IMG/VR virus record: IMGVR_UViG_3300048611_000146
Location: 1 to 39,080 of that record
Strand: one strand, 5' to 3'
Length of the DNA stretch: 39,080 nucleotides
DNA from: a virus
Taxonomy: Duplodnaviria > Caudoviricetes
Part shown: positions 15,095-23,386 of the stretch, piece by piece
Layout: each line of letters opens with the position of its first letter
Position numbering within the stretch: the first letter of the stretch is position 1
Notes under the pieces: model-generated
Seen by the model: the letters and a program-made list of their open reading frames with translations, nothing else
Database searches by the model: none
Told to the model about the DNA's origin: nothing
Made by a program: the position numbers and the translations under genes

Positions 15095-16518
15095 CCGTGA
15101 CCCGCACAGCGAACAACCGGCGCCCGGAGCCGCCAATCTCTGCGCTGGCGGAGGCGACCCTCGCCGCAGCGGGCCTCATGGTGAAAGACTTCTGGGAGTC
15201 GGTCAGCTACGTCCCGGACCCTGAGGATTTCGACGACGCGAATCTTGCCGCGCTATGGGCCGCCATTCTTGCCGTGCAAAAGCGCTCCCCGATCACGAAG
15301 ATGGCGGTTGCGGTCGAGCTTAGGAGCATGCGCTTCAGCGAGCAGGATGCTTTCAGCGCGCTCGGCGCCGTCCGACCGGAAATGGTCAAGCTTCAGGAAG
15401 GCCTCGCAGCGATCGACGCGCTGAGAGCGCGCAAGCTGCGGCGGCAAGTGGCCTCCGCCTGCTCCGAGGCCATCACGGAGCTTGAGACGGCTAGCGACGT
15501 GCAGTCGGTCGTCCTGCGCCATGAAAAGGCCGTCAGCGACATTGCGGCGCATCATGACGACGGAGACGGCTGGGTTGCTGGCGTTGACGTCCAGGGCGTG
15601 ACCACGGAGCGGATCGAGACCGGCCTTCGCGCTTTTGACGAGACGTTCGGCGGCCTGCCGGCGGGCGAGCTTACCATCATGGCGGGCCGTCCCGGCATGG
15701 GTAAAAGCGGCTTCGCCGCCGATCTGTCCCGCCGCATCGCGCTCGCAGAAGTCGGCTGCGGTTTCTACTCGATGGAAATGCAGAGTATTTCGCTGCTCAA
15801 CCGCATTGCAGCGGGTCAGGCGTATCAGCGCGGCCCGGTCGCCGCCGGGCGATCCGCCAATCCGTACTATGAGACCTATGAGCGCGGGGACCTCAAGGAC
15901 GACTATCTGCAACGCTTTGAGCAGGCTCTCCAAGAGGTCAGGGCGCTCCCGATCTTTTGGGATGAGAGGCGCGGGCTCGACATGGCCCGCATCCGTCTGG
16001 GCGCCCGCAGGCTCAAGACCAAGTACGCCCGTGAAGGCCGCAACCTTCGCCTCCTGGCGGTCGACCATCTCGGCAAGATCAAATCCGACCGAGGCCGCAG
16101 GCAGGAAAACCGCAATCTTGAGCTAGGCGAGATGACCAACGCGCTCGCTGAGCTAGCCGGTGAATTGCAGATAGCGGTCCTATGCCTCTGCCAGCTCAAC
16201 AGGAAACTGGAGGACCGGAGCGACAAGCGCCCGACCATTCCTGACCTTCGTGAAAGCGGGCAGATCGAGGAAAACGCGCATTCCGTGATCCTGCTGTACC
16301 GGCCCGCCTACTATGACAATGAGGCCCGCGATCGGGGCGAGAAGGTCGATGAGGACCGCGCCTATGACGAGGCCAACATTCTGGAGGTCCACTACGCGAA
16401 GAACCGCAGCGGCCCGACCAAGCGCCTGAAATTGTTCTGCGAGATCGGGGCCAACGCCTTCACCGACCCGCCGCCTGGGCGCGTTTCCAAGATGGCCTAC
16501 AGGAGGGCTGGGACGTGA
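15091..16518 (+). CDS. dnaB: Replicative DNA helicase, DnaB family
   Basis: Walker A AGRPGMGKS, FYSMEM, LAVDHLG, CQLNR, RPTIPDLRESGQIEENA and AKNRSGP. Confidence 0.93.
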   Translation: MTVTRTANNRRPEPPISALAEATLAAAGLMVKDFWESVSYVPDPEDFDDANLAALWAAILAVQKRSPITKMAVAVELRSMRFSEQDAFSALGAVRPEMVKLQEGLAAIDALRARKLRRQVASACSEAITELETASDVQSVVLRHEKAVSDIAAHHDDGDGWVAGVDVQGVTTERIETGLRAFDETFGGLPAGELTIMAGRPGMGKSGFAADLSRRIALAEVGCGFYSMEMQSISLLNRIAAGQAYQRGPVAAGRSANPYYETYERGDLKDDYLQRFEQALQEVRALPIFWDERRGLDMARIRLGARRLKTKYAREGRNLRLLAVDHLGKIKSDRGRRQENRNLELGEMTNALAELAGELQIAVLCLCQLNRKLEDRSDKRPTIPDLRESGQIEENAHSVILLYRPAYYDNEARDRGEKVDEDRAYDEANILEVHYAKNRSGPTKRLKLFCEIGANAFTDPPPGRVSKMAYRRAGT

Positions 16519-17507
16519 AAGAGCGTTATTCCAAGGTCCCGAGAAGTGCGTTTGCGGACGACCGACTTACGCGGGCGGAGCTGAAAGTCCTCGGCGCGCT
16601 CGGCGCGTTTCTCGACAAGAAAAACGAAGGTTGGCCGAGCCAGCAACGCATCGCTGATGATGCGGGCGTCAGCATCAAGACCGTCACGCGCGCGATCAAA
16701 AAGCTGCGTGAGTGTGACTACCTCACCACGGAGCCGCGCATCATTGCCGGGATGAAGGGGACGCTCCGCTACAGCGTGAAATTCAAAGCCGGCGCGGTCA
16801 TTCCCTTCCCAAAAAACGCCGTGATGACAGATGGGACAAAGCTGTCCCAGCCTGAGGGACAAAAAGACGAAAAACCCAGCAATGACGGATCGGACAAGAA
16901 TGTCCCAACCGAAAAGCCGGATAGGACACCTGAATGTCCCCACGTAGGGACATCTAATGTCCGAACAGTAACAGCCCAAGAGAACAGCCCATCTTCCGTT
17001 CCTAACGGAACGGGCGCTGACGCGCCGGAAGACGATGAGGACCTGATCACCAGCGCGGAGCTGAAAAAGCATGTCGTCTGGGCGGTAGGCAAAACGCTCC
17101 TGAAAAGTCAGGGCACGTCGAAGGACGCCGCCGCAAGCTTCATCGGAATGCTGATCAAGGAAAACACGCTGGACCCGGTTTTCCTCGCGATTCTTGAGGC
17201 GGTGAAAAAACCGCCGGTGAAGGCGCAGGGCTGGCTGAAGCGAACGGCAGAGGCGGAAGCGCGGCGCACCGGCAAGCGGGAGGCAGACCCGGTGCAGCCG
17301 CCATCCGAGGCGGAGTGGGATCAAATCCTGGACCGCTGGTTGGCCTCCGGCGCGTGGCCCGGGGGGATCGGCGAGCCGCCAACTTCACCTGACTACGGCG
17401 GGCCTGAGGACGCGCTAGAGGCGCGGATCACCACGATTAGCCCTGATCACCCAATCCGCACTGACTGCGAACGGGCGCGCGCCGCTCGCCAACGGAGGAC
17501 CGCATGA
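16515..17507 (+). CDS. Phage replication initiator with N-terminal winged HTH (HTH_36-like)
   Basis: YSKVPRSAFADDRLTRAELKVLGAL...WPSQQRIADDAGVSIKTVTRAIKKLRECDYL, plus internal iteron-like repeats. Confidence 0.82.
   Translation: MKERYSKVPRSAFADDRLTRAELKVLGALGAFLDKKNEGWPSQQRIADDAGVSIKTVTRAIKKLRECDYLTTEPRIIAGMKGTLRYSVKFKAGAVIPFPKNAVMTDGTKLSQPEGQKDEKPSNDGSDKNVPTEKPDRTPECPHVGTSNVRTVTAQENSPSSVPNGTGADAPEDDEDLITSAELKKHVVWAVGKTLLKSQGTSKDAAASFIGMLIKENTLDPVFLAILEAVKKPPVKAQGWLKRTAEAEARRTGKREADPVQPPSEAEWDQILDRWLASGAWPGGIGEPPTSPDYGGPEDALEARITTISPDHPIRTDCERARAARQRRTA
16833..16963. repeat. Iteron-like palindromes (GGACA-N4-6-TGTCC), probable replication origin
   Basis: GGGACAaagcTGTCCC (16833), half-site GGGACA (16856), CGGACAagaaTGTCCC (16891), AGGACAcctgaaTGTCCC (16923) and GGGACAtctaaTGTCCG (16947). 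They lie inside the initiator gene in an A-rich context, as with lambda ori in gene O. Confidence 0.72.
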
Positions 17508-17965
17508 AAGCCGAAACCGCAATGATCGTCTGGGAGCCGAAGGTCGCGGACGACCCGCAAGAGCCGGGGCGCATGTCTCGCTATGCCTCAGACCGGCCGC
17601 CGGAGGTCAGGGTTTTCGACAATGACGATGACGAGGCGCACGACCGCTTTGACCGCCTGCCTTGCTCGCTCGGCGCCTGCCTCATGGGGTGGTGCGAGGG
17701 TGACCCGCTGGCGGACGTGTTCCGCGTGTTCCTGTCGGTCGTGGGCGACGGCGTCCCCATCGAGGACGTGCACCGCGTGTTCCTGTCGGTCGTGGGCGAC
17801 GGCGTCCCCATCGAGGACGTGCACCGCGTGTTCCTGTCGGTCGTGGGCGACGGCGTCCCCATCGAGGACGTGCACCGCGAGTTTCTGAAAATCGATGAAT
17901 ACGCCGCGATGATCGGCGGCCGGGAGTTCTTCGGCGTCGAGATTCTCGAGAATGAGGAGGCCTGA
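17504..17965 (+). CDS. Hypothetical protein with in-frame 17-aa triplication
   Basis: GGAGG RBS and ATGA overlap; contains (VFLSVVGDGVPIEDVHR)x3. Confidence 0.7.
   Translation: MKAETAMIVWEPKVADDPQEPGRMSRYASDRPPEVRVFDNDDDEAHDRFDRLPCSLGACLMGWCEGDPLADVFRVFLSVVGDGVPIEDVHRVFLSVVGDGVPIEDVHRVFLSVVGDGVPIEDVHREFLKIDEYAAMIGGREFFGVEILENEEA
17722..17879. repeat. Perfect 51-bp tandem repeat, 3 copies
   Basis: Unit CCGCGTGTTCCTGTCGGTCGTGGGCGACGGCGTCCCCATCGAGGACGTGCA at 17722, 17773 and 17824, plus CCGCG. Confidence 0.95.
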
Positions 17966-17966
17966 C

Positions 17967-18512
17967 ATGCAGGAGGGACCGGACAAGGACTGGAGGGTCA
18001 CGCCAGCTGATCGCTGGCTGATATTTCGGGTCAGGCCGCAGCAGGAAAAGCTGGCGGCCAACTTCCTGGCGCAGATCAGCATCGGTTATCGATATATCGA
18101 GACCGAGCGGCATAGCCGGACGCTGAAGGGGACGGTGAAGCGCATGGTGGCCGCCCTACCTGCCTACCTGCCGTTCATCTGCCCCGCCGGCGCGGACGCG
18201 CTTGAGCTGCGGGATCGGGCCTGCGAGTGCATGTTCGTCAAGGGCCTGCTCACACGCAGATCGGATGGAGTGGCCCTGGAGCTCCGCCCGGACTGGGAGG
18301 ACAGGCTCTGCCTGCCGCGCCGTGAGGAGCCTGCGGGGCCGATCGACTACGTGGTCACGGACCAGGTCCGCCTCACCTGCGGCCCCCTCAAGGGCCTTCT
18401 GGCGCAATGCGTGAACATCGACGACAGCGGGGTTACGGTCGAGTTCGCAAAGCCTTTCCTCTCAACGAACCGCGTCCTCATCCGGCCGGAATACGCAAAG
18501 CGCGCGGCTTGA
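17967..18512 (+). CDS. NusG/RfaH-like late transcription antiterminator (NGN + KOW)
   Basis: NGN-like WLIFRVRPQQEKLAANFL...LPAYL and KOW-like DQVRLTCGPLKGLLAQ. GAGGAGG RBS. It sits at the position where lambdoid phages encode Q. Confidence 0.75.
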   Translation: MQEGPDKDWRVTPADRWLIFRVRPQQEKLAANFLAQISIGYRYIETERHSRTLKGTVKRMVAALPAYLPFICPAGADALELRDRACECMFVKGLLTRRSDGVALELRPDWEDRLCLPRREEPAGPIDYVVTDQVRLTCGPLKGLLAQCVNIDDSGVTVEFAKPFLSTNRVLIRPEYAKRAA

Positions 18513-18537
18513 CCTATGTGACGGCTCACGGCACAAC
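18509..18537 (+). promoter_or_regulatory. Candidate late promoter (pR'-like)
   Basis: TTGACC-17-CACAAC overlaps the antiterminator stop codon and is followed by a long non-coding leader. Confidence 0.45.
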
Positions 18538-18856
18538 CCCTAGCGGGGCGGGCATGACAAGCCCCAATTTGTGTTGCCGGGATCAGCTCGGCTACGCGCC
18601 CTCACTACTGGCGCGGAACGCACGGCCGGACCCTGCCGGCCACGTCAGCGTCAGTGTGTCCAAAATTCAGTCTGAACGCGATCCCCCCATGACGCGTTCG
18701 CCCCCGAGCCCGCCGCCTGCTCCTACAGGTTGGCGGGCTCACCCGTTTTACGGGCCTACCATTGTGGGCGGCAGGGTTTGCCTGTTGAGTTCCTTGCCGC
18801 GGCCCCGGCCCTGTCAGAAACAGCCCTGGCAGGGCTTGGGATTCACGGGAGGCGTC

Positions 18857-19393
18857 ATGCACCGGCTGCGCCGCCTTCTGAGCTGGCTCATGGACTGGGA
18901 AACGGCCCTCGGGCTGATCCGCCTGGACGATGAGACGGAGGATGAAGTCCGCCGCCGGGTTCACGCCCGCTGCTCGCACGTCCAGATCAGTGACCTCCCG
19001 CGCTTCGATGCTCAGGTCAAACTTGATGACGCTGCCTGTGAGGAGATCGTCGCCGTTTTCCGGGAGCGCTACCCGGGTTCGAGATTCGAGCGGAAAAGGT
19101 CCTGGCCCGCAGCCGTCAGCACGCTCACGGACGGGGAAGCAATCATAGACCTGTGGCTCGGGCATGACTTCGGAGCGGCGCGGGACGGAACGGAGCCGGT
19201 CAGGGTCACGGTAGACTGGCGCCGCCGGCCGGATGCAACCCCGCAGATTCAGGCCGTGCTCAAGCGCAAGCCCGCTGAGCGCCCTGTTTCGTACGAAACA
19301 CCTCAGATCCCAGCAAAGGCGCCGGTGAGAGCAAAGCCGAGCACCACCATGCAGATGCTCAACAGCCGATCCGCGAAAGGTCAGCGCAAATGA
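18857..19393 (+). CDS. Hypothetical protein
   Basis: GGGAGG RBS before ATG 18857 (the ORF-track start at 18407 is probably too long); ATGA overlap with the next gene. Confidence 0.65.
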   Translation: MHRLRRLLSWLMDWETALGLIRLDDETEDEVRRRVHARCSHVQISDLPRFDAQVKLDDAACEEIVAVFRERYPGSRFERKRSWPAAVSTLTDGEAIIDLWLGHDFGAARDGTEPVRVTVDWRRRPDATPQIQAVLKRKPAERPVSYETPQIPAKAPVRAKPSTTMQMLNSRSAKGQRK

Positions 19394-19629
19394 AACAGGC
19401 AGACGCTCAGGCGTGGTGCAGAGCGCGCGGGATCACCCCGAGCGAGAAGCAAATTCAGAGCGTGACCGCTCGACTGGAATGGGCGCGGCAGGCTCAGATG
19501 AATCCGACAATCATCAAGCGCCTGACCGAGCGCCTCAAAACGCTGGGCATCGCCCTTGGCTGGGCGGATGAAGCGGTGGCGGAGCCGCAGAAACAGCCGG
19601 AGGCCCCAGATGCAGGCGAGCCTGGCTGA
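19390..19629 (+). CDS. Hypothetical protein
   Basis: 79 aa, coupled to both neighbours. Confidence 0.65.
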   Translation: MKQADAQAWCRARGITPSEKQIQSVTARLEWARQAQMNPTIIKRLTERLKTLGIALGWADEAVAEPQKQPEAPDAGEPG

Positions 19630-19913
19630 TGCTGTCTCTCGATTCCTTCGATGGCTTGACCGATGAGGAGCGCCGGGACCTTGCCCGCGCCATCGCCTGG
19701 CAGGATGAGGAACCCGACCGGGAGCTGATCCGCTGGGCCGCCCGCATAGGGGAGGCTGCGCTCCGCTGGGCGGTCGCCCGCAAGGGCAGCATCCCTCGCT
19801 ATCGCATGGCGGAAATCACCCGGGCAATTGAGCCCTACATGGACATGCGCCGCATGATCGCCGTGGTCGAGAAAATCCAGACGCGGCCGACCGGCGGCGC
19901 TTGGCTGAACTAG
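19629..19913 (+). CDS. Hypothetical protein
   Basis: 94 aa, TGATG overlap. Confidence 0.65.
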   Translation: MLSLDSFDGLTDEERRDLARAIAWQDEEPDRELIRWAARIGEAALRWAVARKGSIPRYRMAEITRAIEPYMDMRRMIAVVEKIQTRPTGGAWLN

Positions 19914-19923
19914 GAGGCTGAAT

Positions 19924-20115
19924 ATGGCGTCGAAATACATCCTCACGCCTACGGATAACGGGAAGTGGATTCTCACGCGCGAAGAACTCAGAAAGCACCT
20001 CAGCACGTTTGAGGGGCAGCGCACGGAGGTTCACGCTCTCGATGACGTGGGACAAGCGCTTACCCTCATCGCTCGCACTGAGCAGGAGCACATGGCCGAC
20101 TCACAGCACGGATGA
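19924..20115 (+). CDS. Hypothetical protein
   Basis: AGGAGG RBS; 63 aa; ATGA overlap with the methyltransferase. Confidence 0.6.
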   Translation: MASKYILTPTDNGKWILTREELRKHLSTFEGQRTEVHALDDVGQALTLIARTEQEHMADSQHG

Positions 20116-21524
20116 CCGCCGCCAAGGCCAAGACACGGGCAAAGCGCCCTGAAATCAAAACGCCAACGCGCGCACGCACGCGAGGGCCGGCAAAGTCAGT
20201 TGTATTCAGGCCGATTTCCGAGCTAGCGCCTTACGCGCGCAACGCCCGGACCCATTCCGACGCCCAGGTGGCGCAGATCGCCGCGTCGATGCAGCGCTTC
20301 GGCTACACCAACCCGGTCCTGGCCGATGACGAGGGCATTGTGGCGGGGCACGGGCGCGTTCTCGGGGCTGAGCGGCTGTACGCCGCCGGCCGGACGCTCA
20401 AGCTTCCCGGCGGGGCCGACATCCCGGCTGGCATGGTGCCGACCATTGATTGCAACGGCTGGAGCAAGGCGGAGCGCCGCGCCTACATCCTGGCCGACAA
20501 CCAGCTCGCCTTGAACGCCGGGTGGGACATGGACCTGTTGAAGGGCGAGCTGTCCGATCTCATGGCTGACAACTTTGACGTTAGCGTCATCGGGTTCTCG
20601 GATGCTGAATTGGACGCGATCCTGGCGCCGGCGGGTACGCATGGCCTCACGGACCCCGACGCCGCGCCACCGCTGCCCACACGGGCGGTTTCAGTGGCAG
20701 GGGATTGCTGGCTGCTCGGGACGCACCGCCTGCTCTGTGGCGATGCCACGGTGCCGAAGGACGTTGGGCGCGTGCTGGACGGGGTCCGGCCGACGCTGAT
20801 GGCAACCGACCCGCCGTATGGCGTCAATTACGACCCGGCCTGGCGGGAGGAGGCTGGTGTCGGCTCGAAGGGTTCCGCCAAGGGCAAGGTCATGAACGAT
20901 GACCGGGCCGACTGGCGCGCGGCCTGGGCGCTGTTCCCGGGAGCCGTCGCTTATGTCTGGCATGGCGGCCTGCATGCCGGCGTGGTCGACCAGTCGCTCA
21001 GGGCCGCCGGCTTCGAGGTGCGCTCGCAGATCATTTGGGTGAAGACGCGCCCGGTGCTGAGCCGCGGGAACTACCACTGGCAGCATGAGCCTGCGTTCTA
21101 TGCGGTCAAAGGCAAGGACGACGCCTGGCAGGGCAGGTTCGAGCAAGAACATGACGTCGCCGCCTACGCGGTCCGCAGGGACTCGACGGCCAAGTGGCAG
21201 GGCGGTCGCAAGCAGTCGACGGTCTGGTTCATCGAGCATCTCAAGAACGACACGGGCCACGGGACACAGAAGCCGGTCGAGTGCATGCGCCGGCCGATCG
21301 AGAACAACACGGCCCCCGGACAGGCGGTCTACGAGCCGTTCTCGGGCTCGGGCACCACGATCATTGCCGCCGAGATGACGGGCCGCCAGTGCTTCGCCAT
21401 CGAGCTCGACCCGGCTTACGTCGATGTCGCGGTCGAGCGTTGGCAGGCTTTCACCGGCAAGGCTGCGGTCCTGGACCGTGACGGCCGCTCATTCCTGGAC
21501 GTGAAGGTGGAGCGCCATGGCTAG
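20112..21524 (+). CDS. ParB-like domain fused to N6-adenine/N4-cytosine DNA methyltransferase
   Basis: ParB-like PYARNARTHSDAQVAQIAASMQRFGYTNPVL...AGHGR. MTase motifs HRLLCGDAT, TDPPYGV, HGTQKPVE, EPFSGSGTT and IELDPAY, in beta-class order. Confidence 0.92.
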   Translation: MTAAKAKTRAKRPEIKTPTRARTRGPAKSVVFRPISELAPYARNARTHSDAQVAQIAASMQRFGYTNPVLADDEGIVAGHGRVLGAERLYAAGRTLKLPGGADIPAGMVPTIDCNGWSKAERRAYILADNQLALNAGWDMDLLKGELSDLMADNFDVSVIGFSDAELDAILAPAGTHGLTDPDAAPPLPTRAVSVAGDCWLLGTHRLLCGDATVPKDVGRVLDGVRPTLMATDPPYGVNYDPAWREEAGVGSKGSAKGKVMNDDRADWRAAWALFPGAVAYVWHGGLHAGVVDQSLRAAGFEVRSQIIWVKTRPVLSRGNYHWQHEPAFYAVKGKDDAWQGRFEQEHDVAAYAVRRDSTAKWQGGRKQSTVWFIEHLKNDTGHGTQKPVECMRRPIENNTAPGQAVYEPFSGSGTTIIAAEMTGRQCFAIELDPAYVDVAVERWQAFTGKAAVLDRDGRSFLDVKVERHG

Positions 21525-21900
21525 GCCGAAGAAAGGCGAGGAGCATCCGCGCGAGCACTTGCGCACGCCGATCAAGCTCCTGGCCGGCAATGGCGTCCCT
21601 CACGCTGACATTGCCGCAGCGCTGAGGGTGGGCACGGACACGCTGCACAGGTTCTACAAGGAAGAGCTGGATTGCGGCCTGGCGGAGTTGAAGCTTCTGG
21701 CCGTGACGGAATGGACCAAGGCGATGAAGAAAGGGGAGCAGTGGGCGCTCAAGCTGTTCCTCTCGGCGCGCATGGGCATATCGGACAAGATCGTGCATGA
21801 GGGCGGTGACCCGGACAGGCCGATCCAGCACACGATCACCCGAAAGATTGTGCGGCCGGGAGACGTCACCAGCCATCCGGGACCTGATGAGGCGCCGTGA
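21517..21900 (+). CDS. terS: Terminase small subunit
   Basis: MARP start and HTH-like GVPHADIAAALRVGTDTLHRFYKEEL, directly before TerL. Confidence 0.75.
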   Translation: MARPKKGEEHPREHLRTPIKLLAGNGVPHADIAAALRVGTDTLHRFYKEELDCGLAELKLLAVTEWTKAMKKGEQWALKLFLSARMGISDKIVHEGGDPDRPIQHTITRKIVRPGDVTSHPGPDEAP

Positions 21901-23210
21901 TTCGGGAAACCGTCATTGAGACGGCGGAGGCTTTCCTCCCGTTCCTTGAGCCCGCCCGCTACAAAGGACTGTTCGGCGGCCGGGGCTCCGCGAAGTCACA
22001 CTTTTTCGCCGGCCTCATGTGTGAGACCGCACTCGCCTTCCGGGGCTTCCGCGGGATCGGCATCCGCGAGGTGCAGAAGTCGCTGAAGGACTCCAGCAAG
22101 CGCCTGATCGAGGACAAGCTCACGCAGCACAACCTATGGCGCGAGGGGTTCCGGTCTTACACGGACTGTATTGCAACGCCCGGCGACGGGCTGATCAGCT
22201 TTGTCGGTATGCACGGGCAGACGGAGGAGTCCGTCAAATCATTCGAGGGCGCGCGCGTCGCCTGGATCGAGGAGGCGCACAAGCTCAGCAAGTCGAGCCT
22301 GACGCTGCTCCGCCCCACTATGCGCGTGAAGGGCTCCGAGCTTTGGGCGTCATGGAACCCGCGCTTCAAGACGGACGCGGTTGATGAGTTGTTCCGCAAG
22401 TTTCCGCCGACCGGTGCAATTAGCAAGCGGGTGAGCTGGCGGGATAATCCATGGTTCGGTGAAACCGAGCTTGTGCAAGAGCGCTTGGACGACCTCCGGG
22501 ACCGCCCTGAGATTTATCCGCACATCTGGGAAGGGGAGTACGCCTCAATCATGGAAGGCGCCTATTACGCCAAGCAGCTTGCGGCCGCGCGCTCCTCAAC
22601 CCCGCCGCGCATCGGTGTTGTTCCTGCTGACCCGGTCCTCAAAACCTTCACGTTCTGGGATCTGGGCAAGTCAGACAAAACCGCCATCTGGTTTATGCAG
22701 GGCGCCGCCGGCCAGGTGCGGGTCATCGACTACTACGAGAAGAACCGCGAGGAGCTTCCGCATTACGCAAAGGTCGTGTCGGACAAGCCCTATATCTATG
22801 ACACGCACTACCTGCCGCCGGATGCGAAGGCGGAAATCCTCGGAATGCCGCGCACGCGTGAGGCTCAGCTCAGGGCGCTGCTCGGCGTCAACAAGGTCAA
22901 GATCATCAAGGATTATAGCGTCGAGGACGGCATCAATGCCGTGCAGGCGATCCTCCCGCGGTGCTGGTTCGATGAGGTCAGGTGTGAGACCGGCCTTGAA
23001 ATGCTCGGCCGCTATCACCCACGCACCCGCACGCTAAAAACGGGTGAGGTCATGGACATGGAGCCTGACCATGATCCCTCTTCACACGGAGCGGATGCGT
23101 TCCGTTACTTCGCTGTGACATGGCGGGACAAACTCGGTGAGGCGTCGCCGCCCGCGAAGGATTACGCGCCGCCGCGCCGCGCCGGCAGCAAGTGGGGCAG
23201 GTTCTATTGA
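21897..23210 (+). CDS. terL: Terminase large subunit (PBSX-like)
   Basis: Walker A GGRGSAKS, REVQKSLKDS, Walker B AWIEEA and SWNP, with nuclease motifs WDLG and SHGADAFRY. Confidence 0.93.
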   Translation: MIRETVIETAEAFLPFLEPARYKGLFGGRGSAKSHFFAGLMCETALAFRGFRGIGIREVQKSLKDSSKRLIEDKLTQHNLWREGFRSYTDCIATPGDGLISFVGMHGQTEESVKSFEGARVAWIEEAHKLSKSSLTLLRPTMRVKGSELWASWNPRFKTDAVDELFRKFPPTGAISKRVSWRDNPWFGETELVQERLDDLRDRPEIYPHIWEGEYASIMEGAYYAKQLAAARSSTPPRIGVVPADPVLKTFTFWDLGKSDKTAIWFMQGAAGQVRVIDYYEKNREELPHYAKVVSDKPYIYDTHYLPPDAKAEILGMPRTREAQLRALLGVNKVKIIKDYSVEDGINAVQAILPRCWFDEVRCETGLEMLGRYHPRTRTLKTGEVMDMEPDHDPSSHGADAFRYFAVTWRDKLGEASPPAKDYAPPRRAGSKWGRFY

Positions 23211-23386
23211 GCGCTCTGGATTTTCTCTGGCTCGCCTCTGCGCATGAACAGGAAAGCCGCTTGATGAAGGCCGCGCCGGACGTGCGCAAGCCGGCGAAGA
23301 AAAAGGCCGAACCGGTCAAGGAAGCTGATGGACAAACAAGAAAACAACGCGCTCGGCGCCGAGGACGAAACCCTCAAAAAGCTTGA
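23207..23386 (+). CDS. Possible small basic protein
   Basis: TTG overlaps the terL stop. It has a Lys/Arg-rich C-terminus and overlaps the portal start. Confidence 0.3.
   Translation: MSALDFLWLASAHEQESRLMKAAPDVRKPAKKKAEPVKEADGQTRKQRARRRGRNPQKA

Noticed and set aside
17722-17879. CRISPR array or DGR template/variable repeat
   Set aside because: The units are contiguous and identical with no spacers or adenine-specific differences. No cas or reverse transcriptase gene is present.
18407-18856. N-terminal extension of the 328-aa ORF
   Set aside because: It overlaps the antiterminator, is Pro/Arg-rich and low in information, and a strong RBS precedes ATG 18857.
20112-21524. ParB-methyltransferase as a novel defence or partition system
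   Set aside because: This fusion upstream of terminase is common in temperate phages. No cognate endonuclease or ParA is visible.
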